The position numbers were made by a program, and so were the translations under genes. A stretch of 64,000 bases of DNA from Candidatus Methanomethylophilaceae archaeon (GTDB lineage: Archaea; Thermoplasmatota; Thermoplasmata; Methanomassiliicoccales; Methanomethylophilaceae). Within the stretch, counting starts at the first letter, position 1, and the number at the start of each line of letters is the position of its first letter. The notes below the pieces were generated by a model that was given only the letters and a program-made list of their open reading frames with translations, did no database searches and had not been told where the DNA came from. Below, piece by piece: positions 18,776 through 29,713 of this stretch. The stretch lies in NCBI GenBank assembly GCA_050950505.1, contig JBMNHS010000001.1:1-64000 (forward strand), in the 5' to 3' direction.

Positions 18776-20497
18776 ATGGATGAAGTCGCATTCCTGAGCA
18801 TAATGGCATTGATGTTGATATTAGCCAGTATCGCATCTATCCTGTTCAGAAAACTCCGACTTCCGGCCATCATCGGCTATCTTGCCGCGGGAATAATAAT
18901 AACCAACGTTTGGGGAGTTCCCGACGGCATCAGCGAGACGGTGATAAAATTACTGTCAAGCATCGGACTGGTGCTTCTGATGTTCGCCATAGGTATGGAA
19001 CTGAACATCAAACGACTGAAACAAAGCGGCGGATTCACCATAATGGTGGCCGCGATACAACTTCCTTTGGTGGTTCTGTCCGGTTATATAGCGGGTTCCT
19101 TGATTGGTTTGAACACCGTTGAATCTTTATTCCTCGGAGCCATAATTTCCGGATCTTCCACCGCCGTCTGCACCATCGTCCTGAGAGCCAACAAAACAAT
19201 TTCCAAAGACACCGCCGACACCATCATTCTCGTGACGGTCATGGACGATATCGGCCAGGTGATCATTCTGACTTTGCTTTCCCCTCTTCTTGTGGGGGAC
19301 ACGCCCACGGCATCGGGAATGGTCTGGCTCATGATCGGAATCGTTGTATTCATGGTCGCCGCGATTGTTTTGGGACTTTTGGTGGTTCCGAGATTCCTGG
19401 ATTGGGTCAGTGACAAATTTGACAGGGAGATTCTGCTGATAACTGCTCTGGGAATGTGTTTCGGACTTGCTTTGCTTTCCACTTACGTGGGTTTGTCCAT
19501 GGCCATAGGCGCCTTCCTTATGGGGCTGATAGCTTCCCAGTGCAAAGACGCCGATCTCATCGAACGGGACGTGGAACCCATGAAAAATACCTTCATGGCC
19601 ATATTCTTCATCGACGTGGGAATGCAGGTCCATTTGGCGGAACTCGGTTCCAGTCTCATGATGGCCATGTACATTTACGTCGTGTTCCTGGTATCCAAGA
19701 TAATCTCGGTATCCATTGCATACGTAATAGGCAACAAGGATCTGAAAACCACTTTCGTGTCCGCGGTCAGTCTGTTGGTTATGGGTGAATTCGCCTTCAT
19801 CATAGCAAAAACCGCATTGGATGCCGGTGCCGTCACTCCCGAATTCTATACGGCGGTGGTATTCTCCGCACTGACATCGATGATACTGTTGCCGTTGTTC
19901 GCGGGAAAGAGTGTTGCGGGATACGAATTCCTGAAAAGACACACTCCGAAACCTGTTGTTTCGGGTATAGAACGGTTGGAAATCGCCCGTTCGGACTTCT
20001 ATTCCAGGATCGTGTTCTCCACAAGATCCGTCAAAAGAGTCAAAAACCGGGCAACCGTCGTTTATGCGGGAATATTCGCAATAATCGTCATAGAAATACT
20101 GTTTTACCTTTACGGGGGATTGTTGTCCTCCGCCGTTGAAACATACTTCATGTTAAGCGAACATATTGCGACCAACATCACGTTCCTGATTAATCTGGGT
20201 ATTCTGATTGTGCCCACCTCGGCCATTGTGGTCAGCCTCAAGGTCATAGACAGAATGCTGATAGAAGGAGGCAAGCGCAAGCGGGGATATCACGTGGAAG
20301 AGGAAGAAGAACCGGAAACCGATTCGACCCATTCCAAGTTCATCGGCATAAGCAACATTCTGTTGGTGCTGCTGATAGACTTCCTTATATTACTGATAGT
20401 TCCGAGTCCGCTTCCGATAATGGATTATCTGAAGATGATCACCGGCGGATTGATACTGGTGGTCATCGGGTTCATCTATAAATCGGTCAGAAAGTGA
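18776..20497 (+). CDS. Cation:proton antiporter, CPA2/KefB-like
   Basis: LPAIIGYL, GLVLLMFAIGMEL, SSTAV, MDDI, GEFAFIIA; multiple TM helices. Confidence 0.88.
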   Translation: MDEVAFLSIMALMLILASIASILFRKLRLPAIIGYLAAGIIITNVWGVPDGISETVIKLLSSIGLVLLMFAIGMELNIKRLKQSGGFTIMVAAIQLPLVVLSGYIAGSLIGLNTVESLFLGAIISGSSTAVCTIVLRANKTISKDTADTIILVTVMDDIGQVIILTLLSPLLVGDTPTASGMVWLMIGIVVFMVAAIVLGLLVVPRFLDWVSDKFDREILLITALGMCFGLALLSTYVGLSMAIGAFLMGLIASQCKDADLIERDVEPMKNTFMAIFFIDVGMQVHLAELGSSLMMAMYIYVVFLVSKIISVSIAYVIGNKDLKTTFVSAVSLLVMGEFAFIIAKTALDAGAVTPEFYTAVVFSALTSMILLPLFAGKSVAGYEFLKRHTPKPVVSGIERLEIARSDFYSRIVFSTRSVKRVKNRATVVYAGIFAIIVIEILFYLYGGLLSSAVETYFMLSEHIATNITFLINLGILIVPTSAIVVSLKVIDRMLIEGGKRKRGYHVEEEEEPETDSTHSKFIGISNILLVLLIDFLILLIVPSPLPIMDYLKMITGGLILVVIGFIYKSVRK

Positions 20498-20576
20498 TCG
20501 GAAGGTTTTGAATCCTTTTACCGGTTCTTTCGGTCATGACCTGCGTCTCCAATCCTTGAAATAAAAAAAGAATTAT

Positions 20577-20596
20577 ACCGGTCCCGCAGGACCGGT
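20577..20596. terminator. Stem-loop between convergent genes
   Basis: ACCGGTCC-CGCA-GGACCGGT with a T-tract on the - strand. Confidence 0.55.
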
Positions 20597-20604
20597 CAGA
20601 AAGT

Positions 20605-21789
20605 TTAAGCGGAGTCCGAATCGTTGTAAATGCTGTCGTCGCTCTGCATGTCCTTGTACAGCGAGTACAGCTCTTCGTGGGAAATGCTTCTGTGCATCTG
20701 CACGGAGGCGCGTCTGACGGTTTCCAGAAGACGGGTCGCTTCGTCCACGTCTATTTCGGCTCCCATGTCCCTGAGGACGGTTATCAGAGTGTTGCGTCCG
20801 CTGTGTTTGCCGATGACCAGGGACCTTTGGAGTCCCACTTCCGCCGGGTCGTAAGGTTCGTAGTTTATCGCGTCCTTGATTATGCCGTCCGCATGTATTC
20901 CCGCCTCATGGGCGAAACAGTTGGAACCCAAGAAGGGTTTCGATACCTCGATGGGACGTCCGGATGCTTTTGAAACGAATTTCGCCAAATCCTTGAGTTT
21001 GGTGGTCTCGATTCCCGAATCTATGTCGAACAGATGTTTCGCGGCCATGATGACCTCTTCAAGAGGCGAGTTGCCGGATCGTTCTCCGATGCCCATGACC
21101 GTCGTGCTGGCGAATCTGGCTCCCGCGTGGATGCCTGCGATGCAGTTGGCGGTTGCCATGCCGTAATCGTCATGCATGTGCATTTCGACATCCAGGCCGG
21201 TTTCGTCGATCAGGCGTTTAACCCTGTCGTAAGTCGAAAAGGGCTGTTCCCTGCCGATGGTGTCACAGTATCTGAATCTGTGAGCGCCGGCTTCCTTTGC
21301 CGTTTTTGCGAATTCTATCAGAAAATCGATGTCGGCACGGGAAGAGTCTTCTCCGTTGCAGGAAATGTAAAATCCGTGATCGCTTGCGTAGGATACGGCC
21401 TCGTACACCTTGTCAAGAACCCACTGACGGTCTTTCTTGAGCTTGTGTTCTATATGAATATCGGAAGATGACATCGAAATGGCGACGGAATCAACGTCGC
21501 AGTCGATGCTTGTGTTAATGTCATTGATGTCTGCCCTGTTCCACCCGAGAATCGATGCACTGAGGCCCATTTTGGCGATGTGTCTGACCGCCACTTTTTC
21601 ATCGGCACCCATAGTGGGTATGCCGGCCTCAATTTGCTGTACGCCGACGTCGTCGAGCATCTTGGCTATCATATACTTTTCAAGGTTGGAGAAGACAATT
21701 CCTGCGGTTTGCTCCCCATCCCTGAGCGTAGTGTCGCAGATGTTGAGCCTTTTGCCAAGTATATTGATTACGTCTTCTTTAGTTCTCAT
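20605..21789 (-). CDS. Homocitrate synthase (NifV/AksA-type, DRE-TIM family)
   Basis: DTTLRDGEQTAG, GWNRA, HMHDDYGMATAN, GIGERSGN, HEAGIHADG, GKHSG; no LeuA regulatory domain. Confidence 0.8.
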   Translation of the reverse strand: MRTKEDVINILGKRLNICDTTLRDGEQTAGIVFSNLEKYMIAKMLDDVGVQQIEAGIPTMGADEKVAVRHIAKMGLSASILGWNRADINDINTSIDCDVDSVAISMSSSDIHIEHKLKKDRQWVLDKVYEAVSYASDHGFYISCNGEDSSRADIDFLIEFAKTAKEAGAHRFRYCDTIGREQPFSTYDRVKRLIDETGLDVEMHMHDDYGMATANCIAGIHAGARFASTTVMGIGERSGNSPLEEVIMAAKHLFDIDSGIETTKLKDLAKFVSKASGRPIEVSKPFLGSNCFAHEAGIHADGIIKDAINYEPYDPAEVGLQRSLVIGKHSGRNTLITVLRDMGAEIDVDEATRLLETVRRASVQMHRSISHEELYSLYKDMQSDDSIYNDSDSA

Positions 21790-21903
21790 AATATAACCAC
21801 CTCAACTGATTGACAGTTGGTTACCTCTAAAAGGAAATTCGTCTATCAACGTGTTAGCCGATTATCATTAATAATGGTTTGCATAACAGGAATTTATCTG
21901 GCC

Positions 21904-22944
21904 TCAAACCGCATATCTCAATATCGCGGCTATGCCTCCCAGGGCGGACAGCATGTTTCCGGAGTCGTGCTGAGAGGACACCACAAGCACCTTTCCGTTC
22001 TGAGCCTCGACGTCTCTCACAACACCGTCAAGATTGTGTTCCCTCACTTTTTCGTCCGATATCAGCAACGTCTCGACGGCTCCGGCCGAAGCCGCGGCGG
22101 CCACCTCGTTGGGACCGTAGGTGGCCAATCCGTCTTTTCCGATTTCTTCCATGAGGCGTTCGACGGCTTCCATTTCGGCTCCGATGACGGATTCCCTGAG
22201 AACCTCCGCCCCCATTCCTTTTCTCATCAGTTCGTTGATTCCGGCCATTCCGCACTGTCCGGTGTGGTATACGTGACATCCCGTAAAAATCTCGGGATCG
22301 GTTTTCTTGCCTGATTCGACCAGTGTTTCTTTTTCAAACCCCGGGCCGGATATCACCAGAGGCATCCCTTCTTCCAGAGTCGTTCGGATTGCGGATATTA
22401 TGTCTTTATGGTATCCGCCGTCGCTCTTTTTCTTTTCATCGTACATCTTCCCGGATCTTCCGGATCTTATCGATGCGGTTTCTTTCAGTCCGTACTGTCT
22501 CAGAACGGCCACGGTGGCCTCGTCCTGGTCCAAAGAAACAAAAACTATCCGGGGTTTGTTCGTGTCCCTCACCGCCCGGTCCAACCGGTCGGTTTGGGTG
22601 CGTCTCCAATTTTCCTTGGATATCGACAACGAGGTTCCGGGTTCCACGATCAGAGTGTGATACATTCCCACGTCCTGAGGGCCGGACTCGATGGTCCCCA
22701 ACAGTCTCAGTCTGAGATCGTCTTCCGAGAACTCTATTTTTTCCACCCTGACGCCGAGGGTCATTCTCCTCTTTTCCGCACGTTCGGCACGGATTTTGTC
22801 CGCGGCTTTCTCTTCCCTCCTTGTGGTGGAGGCCGTTATCAAATCTCCTTCCTCGATGACGTTGTAGAGATGCCAAAGGTCCTCATCGGTCTCCGGCATG
22901 ACCCTTATGCTGTTGGTCGGAGCGTCTCGACCGACTATTCTCAT
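21904..22944 (-). CDS. pelA: mRNA surveillance protein Pelota
   Basis: PETDEDLWHLYNVI, RLLGTIESGP, GPGFEKE, GGIAAILRY. Confidence 0.93.
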   Translation of the reverse strand: MRIVGRDAPTNSIRVMPETDEDLWHLYNVIEEGDLITASTTRREEKAADKIRAERAEKRRMTLGVRVEKIEFSEDDLRLRLLGTIESGPQDVGMYHTLIVEPGTSLSISKENWRRTQTDRLDRAVRDTNKPRIVFVSLDQDEATVAVLRQYGLKETASIRSGRSGKMYDEKKKSDGGYHKDIISAIRTTLEEGMPLVISGPGFEKETLVESGKKTDPEIFTGCHVYHTGQCGMAGINELMRKGMGAEVLRESVIGAEMEAVERLMEEIGKDGLATYGPNEVAAAASAGAVETLLISDEKVREHNLDGVVRDVEAQNGKVLVVSSQHDSGNMLSALGGIAAILRYAV

Positions 22945-23084
22945 GGTCCGTCAATATACCTCTGTGATTTATCATGTTTCGTCACAGGACGACCCTTATG
23001 TCTGTTTTCAGACAAGGTTCTGATGGGTTTGTGCGTCAATAATGAAAGGGATTATATATTGTCCTCAAATGTGATTTATCCCCG

Positions 23085-24170
23085 ATGGCGCGCGGTTATT
23101 TGATCCTCGAAGACGGAACGGTATATGAAGGCAGTATTTTCGGACATCCTTCTTCCGCTTCCGGTGAAGTGGTTTTCACGACGGGGATGAGCGGCTATCA
23201 GGAAATTATAACAGACCCTTCCTGTCACGGACAGTTGCTTGTGATGTCCTATCCCCTGATCGGCGACTGCGGAATCGTGGAAGGTTATTCACAATCGGAC
23301 AAAGTTCAGATCGGAGGGCTGATAGTGAGGGAACACTGCGCGGAACCCACCGAAGCTTACGGCGGCACTTCTTTGGATTCGTTCCTTGAGGAACACGGAG
23401 TGCCGGGAATTTCCGGCATAGACACGAGGGACCTCGTAATCAGGATAAGAGAACAGGGAACCATGAAAGGTTCCATCGTTTCGGACGGAACGCCGAAGGA
23501 AGAAGTCCTTGAGAAACTGAAATCCCTCCGCCTCGATTCCGGAAAGAGTCCGGTTGCGGAAGTTTCCGTCAAAGAAATCCACAGCATTGATTCCGGAAAG
23601 GACCTGACGGTGGGGGTTTTGGATTGCGGTTCGAGAGCCGCCATCATCGATAACCTTGCGTCCAGATTCAACGTCGTTATTTTTCCTTACGACACTCCCT
23701 ATGACGTTATCACCGCCCGCAAAGTCGACGGTTTGGTGATGACCAACGGTCCGGGGGATCCTTCCCACAAAGACATCCTGAACACCGTTGTCAAAACCGG
23801 AAAAGACCTGATCGGAGTATTGCCGATGTACGGGATCTGTTTCGGAAGTCAGACCTTGGCTTTGTCTTTGGGCGCCGAAACGTACAAAATGTCCGTCGGA
23901 CACAGAGGAAACAACCAACCCGTCCTGTTCGAGGACCGGGTTTACATCACATCACAGAATCACGGTTATGCCGTGTCCGAAGAATCCCTTGAGGGCACGG
24001 ATTTCATTGCCGACCACATCAACGTCAACGACGGTACCGTGGAAGGCTGCAGTCACAGAGACTTGCCCATATTCACGACACAGTATCATCCCGAAGCCGG
24101 CCCGGGGCCTGCGGATACGTTGTTCCTGTTTGACAGGTTCGGCAAAATCATGAAGGAGGGGAAGAAATGA
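23085..24170 (+). CDS. carA: Carbamoyl-phosphate synthase small subunit
   Basis: GEVVFTTGMSGYQE, NGPGDP, GICFG, SQNHGY, QYHPEA. Confidence 0.96.
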   Translation: MARGYLILEDGTVYEGSIFGHPSSASGEVVFTTGMSGYQEIITDPSCHGQLLVMSYPLIGDCGIVEGYSQSDKVQIGGLIVREHCAEPTEAYGGTSLDSFLEEHGVPGISGIDTRDLVIRIREQGTMKGSIVSDGTPKEEVLEKLKSLRLDSGKSPVAEVSVKEIHSIDSGKDLTVGVLDCGSRAAIIDNLASRFNVVIFPYDTPYDVITARKVDGLVMTNGPGDPSHKDILNTVVKTGKDLIGVLPMYGICFGSQTLALSLGAETYKMSVGHRGNNQPVLFEDRVYITSQNHGYAVSEESLEGTDFIADHINVNDGTVEGCSHRDLPIFTTQYHPEAGPGPADTLFLFDRFGKIMKEGKK

Positions 24171-27100
24171 AAAAGGATTACAGAAAACTCATGGTGATAG
24201 GTTCCGGTCCGATTGTCATAGGACAGGCCGCCGAGTTTGATTTCTCCGGTTCCCAGGCCTGCAGGACTCTCAACGACGAGGGCTACTCCACGGTTTTGGT
24301 GAACTCCAATCCCGCCACGATTCAAACCGACACGGACATGGCCGACAGTGTTTACATAGAACCTCTGGATGCAAAAACCGTCGCCGCCATCATAGAACAC
24401 GAAGGGGTTGACGGCGTGTTGTCCGGAATGGGTGGTCAGACTGCTTTGAACATATGTTCCGAACTTTACGACAACGGCACTTTGGAAAGACTGAACTGCG
24501 ATCTAGTCGGCACGCAGCCGGACGCCATCGCAATGTCCGAAGACCGGGAACTGTTCAAAAAAGCCATGAAAGAAATCGAAGAACCGGTTCCGATGAGTTT
24601 CAGCGTCAATTCCATTCAGGAAGCTATGGAGGCCGCGGACGCCATCGGAAGATATCCGGTTCTCGTAAGACCGGCATACACCCTGGGAGGCACCGGGGGC
24701 GGAATAGCTTACGACGAAGACGAATTGGCATCCATATGCGCAAGGGGATTGGCCTATTCCAGGATCCATCAGGTTCTGATTGAGGAAAGCGTTCTCGGAT
24801 GGAAAGAACTCGAATATGAAGTCATGAGGGATTCCAAAGACAACTGCATCGTCATCTGCACGATGGAAAATCTGGATCCCATGGGAATTCATACCGGGGA
24901 AAGCATCGTCTGCGCTCCTATGCTAACGGTTTCCGACAGAGACCACCAACGCCTCAGAACCGCGGCGATAAAGGTCATCCGCAAACTCGGCATCGAAGGC
25001 GGATGCAACGTGCAGTTTGCGTTCAACCCCGAAAACGGGGATTACCGTCTCATAGAAGTCAACCCCAGGGTTTCCAGATCTTCGGCGTTGGCATCCAAAG
25101 CAACCGGATATCCGATAGCGAGGGTGGCGACCAAGATTGCCGTTGGATACAATTTGGATGAAATCGTGAACGATATAACCGGCAAAACTTACGCCGCTTC
25201 CGAACCCGTCATGGATTATGTGGTGGTCAAGATACCCAGATGGCCTTTTGACAAATTCCGCACCGTGGACCGTCATCTCGGTACCCAGATGAAAAGCACC
25301 GGGGAAATCATGGCCATCGGACGCACTTTCGAAGAAGCCCTGCTTAAAGGGATAAGATCTCTTGAAATCGGATTCCTCGGGCTGGATCCCGTTGAAATGA
25401 CCGACGGAATGTTGGAAGACGAACTGTCGGAAGCAACGGATCTGAGGATATTCGCCATCGCCCAGGCCTTGAGACAAAACTGGTCCGTGGAAAGAATTTC
25501 CAAACTGACCGGATGGGACAGCTATTTCATAATCAAGGTAAGAAACATAATCGAAACGGAAAAACGTCTCGGAAACAATCCGGATTACGGAACCCTCCGG
25601 AAAGCGAAGGAGATGGGATTCGCCGACAGGACCATAGCGGAACTCACCGGCATCGAACCCGGCAAGCTGCGTTCCGAACGCAGGGAAAAAGGAAATTCTA
25701 CGGTTTATAAAATGGTGGATACCTGTGCGGCGGAACATTCCGCCGAGGCTCCCTACTTTTACTCCACATACGGAAAGTCCTCGGAGACTTTCAGGGATGA
25801 ATCCAAGAAAAACGTGGTGGTGGTCGGCGGAGGTCCGATACGCATCGGACAGGGAATCGAATTCGATTACTGCTGCGTCCACGGGGTTTTCGCCCTTCAG
25901 GAAGAAGGGGTGGAAGCCGTCATAATCAACAACAACCCCGAAACGGTTTCAACGGACTTCGACGTTTCCGACCGGCTGTATTTCGAACCATTGACTTTGG
26001 AAGACGTTTTGGACGTCGTCGAAGAGGAAAACGCGGACGGTGTCATCGTCCAGTTCGGGGGACAGACCAGCGTCAACCTCGCCGTGGATCTTGAAAAAGC
26101 CTTCAAAGGAAAGAAGACGAAGGTTTTGGGAACCGCCCCGGATGACATGGACCTCGCCGAGGACCGGAAAAGATTCTCGGAACTCATGGACGAGCTGGGG
26201 GTGCCTCAGCCCGCGGCCGGAACCGGTTATTCTTTCGAGGATGCCAGAGACATCGCCGACGAAATCGGGTATCCCGTTCTCGTAAGGCCTTCCTACGTTC
26301 TCGGAGGACGGGCGATGGAAATCGTGTACTCCGAAGAGGAACTCAGAACCTACGTGGATACCGCCGTGAAGGTTTCTAACAACCACCCGATACTGGTAGA
26401 CAAGTATCTGAACGAAGCCATCGAGATAGACATTGACGCCGTCAGCGACGGCAAGGACGTCTACATCGGCGGAATTATGGAACATGTGGAATACGCCGGG
26501 TGCCACTCGGGGGACGCGACGATGGTCATGCCTCCCTTTACCCTGAGCGACGAGATTATCGACAGAGTCGTTGAAATAACGACCAAAGTCGCCCTTGCCC
26601 TGCGCATAAAGGGATTGATGAATCTCCAGCTGGCCGTCAAAGACGGCGAGGTGTACATGATCGAAGCTAACCCCCGGGCGTCCAGAACCATACCTTTCAT
26701 TTCAAAAGCCACCGGAATCCCGTTGGCCAAAATTGCGACCAAGATCATGCTCGGCAAGAAACTCAGGGACTTCGGTCTTTCGGGATACCGGCCGATTGAC
26801 CATTACGCCGTGAAGGCTTCGGTGTTCCCCTTCCTCAAACTTCCCGGCATAGACTCCATCCTCACCCCCGAGATGAAGAGCACCGGCGAAGTCATGGGCA
26901 TCGACGAAGACTTCCACACGGCGTGTTACAAAGCCCTGATTGCCGCCGGCAACAGACTTCCCATGGAGGGCGGGGTATACATGACCGTCAACGACAACGA
27001 CAAACCCGGGATCCTCGAAGCGGCCAAAGGTCTGAAGGAAATGGGATTCACCGTTTATGCCACCAAAGGAACTTCCACGTATCTAAGGGAAAACGGCGTC

Positions 27101-27382
27101 GAAGTGACCACTGTGTTCAAGATGAGCGAGAAACTGAAACCCAACGCCATCGGTCTGATGAGGGAAGGAAAAATCAACCTCATAATCAACACCCCGGAAA
27201 TGAAATCCGGGGCAAGACGGGACGGATATACCATGCGCAGACTCGCCGTGGATCTTGAGATTCCTTTCATGACCACCGTTCAGGGGGCCAACATCGCCGT
27301 GGGGGCGATAAAGGTCGGACGGAAAGGGGACCCGGGCGTAAAGAGCACCAAAGAGTACCACACCCTGGAATTCGGCGCATGA
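24167..27382 (+). CDS. carB: Carbamoyl-phosphate synthase large subunit
   Basis: GSGPIVIGQAAEFDFSG, EVNPRVSRSSALASKATGYP, duplicated ATP-grasp, MGS domain. Confidence 0.97.
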   Translation: MKKDYRKLMVIGSGPIVIGQAAEFDFSGSQACRTLNDEGYSTVLVNSNPATIQTDTDMADSVYIEPLDAKTVAAIIEHEGVDGVLSGMGGQTALNICSELYDNGTLERLNCDLVGTQPDAIAMSEDRELFKKAMKEIEEPVPMSFSVNSIQEAMEAADAIGRYPVLVRPAYTLGGTGGGIAYDEDELASICARGLAYSRIHQVLIEESVLGWKELEYEVMRDSKDNCIVICTMENLDPMGIHTGESIVCAPMLTVSDRDHQRLRTAAIKVIRKLGIEGGCNVQFAFNPENGDYRLIEVNPRVSRSSALASKATGYPIARVATKIAVGYNLDEIVNDITGKTYAASEPVMDYVVVKIPRWPFDKFRTVDRHLGTQMKSTGEIMAIGRTFEEALLKGIRSLEIGFLGLDPVEMTDGMLEDELSEATDLRIFAIAQALRQNWSVERISKLTGWDSYFIIKVRNIIETEKRLGNNPDYGTLRKAKEMGFADRTIAELTGIEPGKLRSERREKGNSTVYKMVDTCAAEHSAEAPYFYSTYGKSSETFRDESKKNVVVVGGGPIRIGQGIEFDYCCVHGVFALQEEGVEAVIINNNPETVSTDFDVSDRLYFEPLTLEDVLDVVEEENADGVIVQFGGQTSVNLAVDLEKAFKGKKTKVLGTAPDDMDLAEDRKRFSELMDELGVPQPAAGTGYSFEDARDIADEIGYPVLVRPSYVLGGRAMEIVYSEEELRTYVDTAVKVSNNHPILVDKYLNEAIEIDIDAVSDGKDVYIGGIMEHVEYAGCHSGDATMVMPPFTLSDEIIDRVVEITTKVALALRIKGLMNLQLAVKDGEVYMIEANPRASRTIPFISKATGIPLAKIATKIMLGKKLRDFGLSGYRPIDHYAVKASVFPFLKLPGIDSILTPEMKSTGEVMGIDEDFHTACYKALIAAGNRLPMEGGVYMTVNDNDKPGILEAAKGLKEMGFTVYATKGTSTYLRENGVEVTTVFKMSEKLKPNAIGLMREGKINLIINTPEMKSGARRDGYTMRRLAVDLEIPFMTTVQGANIAVGAIKVGRKGDPGVKSTKEYHTLEFGA

Positions 27383-27432
27383 TTGAGCGTCAGATATTTT
27401 ATACGGTATATCTATGAAGGTTCGGTATTCAG

Positions 27433-27708
27433 ATGCCTGACGCTGATGAGCTTAGAGAACTTATTGCAACCATTGATGCCGAAATCGTCGACCTTATCGC
27501 AACCCGTATGGAGATTGCGGATGAGCTCGCCAAGGCCAAAAAAGAGTCTTCTCAGAGCTACTGGAATGAAGACAAAGAGCACGAGGTCGTCGAAAGATAC
27601 CTTGAGCTCTGCGGAGAGGTTGGGCTTTCCGAAGAGGAGGCCAAACAAATCGCGGATTTACTTCTTAAAATATCCAAAGACAGGCAAAAACAGTATTTTG
27701 AAAAGTAA
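27433..27708 (+). CDS. Chorismate mutase (AroQ type II)
   Basis: LRELIATIDAEIVDLIATR..IA...AKAK, E.EV, S...Q. Confidence 0.8.
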   Translation: MPDADELRELIATIDAEIVDLIATRMEIADELAKAKKESSQSYWNEDKEHEVVERYLELCGEVGLSEEEAKQIADLLLKISKDRQKQYFEK

Positions 27709-27762
27709 ACCTATGTTTTTATATACGTCATAAGAATCAGAATTACCCCGGGAGAATAACAG

Positions 27763-28827
27763 ATGAAGAAAACGCGCGTTGCGGTTCTGGGCGCCACCGG
27801 AATGATAGGACAGAGATTCATTCACATGCTCGAGGACCACCCTTATTTCGAGATTGGAGGACTGTACGCCTCGGAGAGATCCGCAGGAAAAAGAATAGGC
27901 GACATTCTGAAAATCAAAGATCACACGTTCAACGAAGACACACTGGACAGAACCATCGAAGCCATGGACATCAAAAATATCCTTGATGATGCGGATGCGG
28001 CGTTCAGCGGTCTGCCCGGAGATTTGGCGGGTCCGGCGGAAACCGATTTGTCCGAGGGGGGCATGGCCGTGTTTTCCAACGCCGGTTCCCACAGGATGGA
28101 TCCCACCGTCCCCATACTCGTTCCCGAGATCAATCCCGATCACCTCAAATCGATCAAAGAGCAGGAATGCTACGGGGAATCGGGAGGATTCATAATCACC
28201 AACGCCAACTGTTCGACCACCGGCATCGCTTTGCCGCTGAAGGTGATTGATGCGGAATACGGACTCGAAGACGTGTTCGTTTCCACTTACCAGGCGTTGT
28301 CCGGGGCGGGATATCCGGGGGTTCCTTCCCTTGACGCCGTGGGCAACGTGGTGCCCTACATAGGCGGGGAAGAAGAAAAACTCGAAGCCGAACTGGCGAA
28401 GATGTTGGGTGTTTTCGACGGAAACATGTTCCGTTTCGCCGACATAAGGGTAATGGCCAACTGCGCCCGGGTTCCCGTCATCGACGGTCACACCGAATCC
28501 CTGGCGCTTAAACTCAGGGACGAACCTTCATTGAACGAAATGGCGGAAGCGCTGTCTTCCTTCAGAGGGGAACCCCAGGCATTGGATCTTCCCTCCGCGC
28601 CGGAGGCGCCGATAATCGTAAGAAGCGAAGAAGACCGGCCCCAACCCACTTTCGATTTGTTCGCGGGAACCCCGGAACGGGCCAAAGGCATGGCCGTCTC
28701 GGTGGGAAGACTCCGGGCGGGCAACGGTTATTACAAAGCCTTCGTTCTGTCCCACAACACAATAAGAGGCGGAGCCGGGGGCTCCGTGCTCAACGCGGAA
28801 ATGGCCAAGGCCAAGGGCCTGATATGA
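27763..28827 (+). CDS. asd: Aspartate-semialdehyde dehydrogenase
   Basis: LGATGMIGQRF, NANCST, QALSGAGYPG, RVPVIDGH, HNTIRGGAG. Confidence 0.95.
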   Translation: MKKTRVAVLGATGMIGQRFIHMLEDHPYFEIGGLYASERSAGKRIGDILKIKDHTFNEDTLDRTIEAMDIKNILDDADAAFSGLPGDLAGPAETDLSEGGMAVFSNAGSHRMDPTVPILVPEINPDHLKSIKEQECYGESGGFIITNANCSTTGIALPLKVIDAEYGLEDVFVSTYQALSGAGYPGVPSLDAVGNVVPYIGGEEEKLEAELAKMLGVFDGNMFRFADIRVMANCARVPVIDGHTESLALKLRDEPSLNEMAEALSSFRGEPQALDLPSAPEAPIIVRSEEDRPQPTFDLFAGTPERAKGMAVSVGRLRAGNGYYKAFVLSHNTIRGGAGGSVLNAEMAKAKGLI

Positions 28828-28849
28828 GCCGTTCCACAAGAGGAATCAA

Positions 28850-29713
28850 ATGACACTGAAAATAGCAATCCCGAACAAAGGCAGACTCAGCGCCAGATCT
28901 GCGGAACTGCTCTCCAAAGCCGGTTTGGACATCGGCGAAGACTGGGGAAGAAAACTTTACATCGACGTGAAAGGCCGTGACATAGAAGTATTGCTCGTAA
29001 GAGCCCAGGACATTCCGGAATTCGTCCGGTCGGGGGCGATAGACATAGGAATAACCGGTCTCGATCAGGTAGAAGAATCCGGATACGGGCTAGAGAACAT
29101 ACTCAGCCTGGATTACGGACACTGCCGTCTTTCCCTTGCGGTTCCCGACGGTTCGGGCATAAAATCCACAGAAGACGTGAAAGAAGGATCGAGAATCGCC
29201 ACATCCTTCCCCAACGTAACGAAGAGGTATTTCGATTCCATCGGCAAGAAAGTGAAAATAGTCACCATCTCCGGAGCCGCGGAGATAATGCCCTATCTGG
29301 GAGTTTCCGATTGCATAGTGGATTTGGTGTCCACGGGTTCGACTCTCAAGATGAACCGTCTGAGGGAAGCCGCGGTGCTGTTCGAATCCCAGGCCGCCGT
29401 CGTCACCACCGAAAAAGCCCTTGCCGAGAAAAAAGAACCGATAATGGAAGTTGCCGATGCCATACGCAGCGTCATCGACGCCGAAGGCAGAAAGTATCTC
29501 ATGGCCAACGTCCCTGTGGACAGAATGGCCGAAGTGGAAAAGTTTCTGCCCGGCATCGGAGGCCCCACCGTTCTGAACATTTCCGGAATCAAAGATTTCG
29601 TTGCGGTTCATGTGGTGGTCGCCGACTCCCACCTGTATGACGCGATAAACAACTTGAGAAAAATCGGAGCGACGGGAATATTGACGCTGTCTATGGACCG
29701 GCTGGTGGAATGA
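28850..29713 (+). CDS. hisG: ATP phosphoribosyltransferase (long form)
   Basis: AIPNKGRL, RAQDIP, DLVSTGSTL, C-terminal PTV regulatory domain. Confidence 0.95.
   Translation: MTLKIAIPNKGRLSARSAELLSKAGLDIGEDWGRKLYIDVKGRDIEVLLVRAQDIPEFVRSGAIDIGITGLDQVEESGYGLENILSLDYGHCRLSLAVPDGSGIKSTEDVKEGSRIATSFPNVTKRYFDSIGKKVKIVTISGAAEIMPYLGVSDCIVDLVSTGSTLKMNRLREAAVLFESQAAVVTTEKALAEKKEPIMEVADAIRSVIDAEGRKYLMANVPVDRMAEVEKFLPGIGGPTVLNISGIKDFVAVHVVVADSHLYDAINNLRKIGATGILTLSMDRLVE

Noticed and set aside
17323-18873. Long antisense ORFs (e.g. 17323-18873, 3602-4717, 33820-35250, 61811-63292)
   Set aside because: They are shadows of well-supported genes on the opposite strand, have no motifs, and are expected from codon bias.
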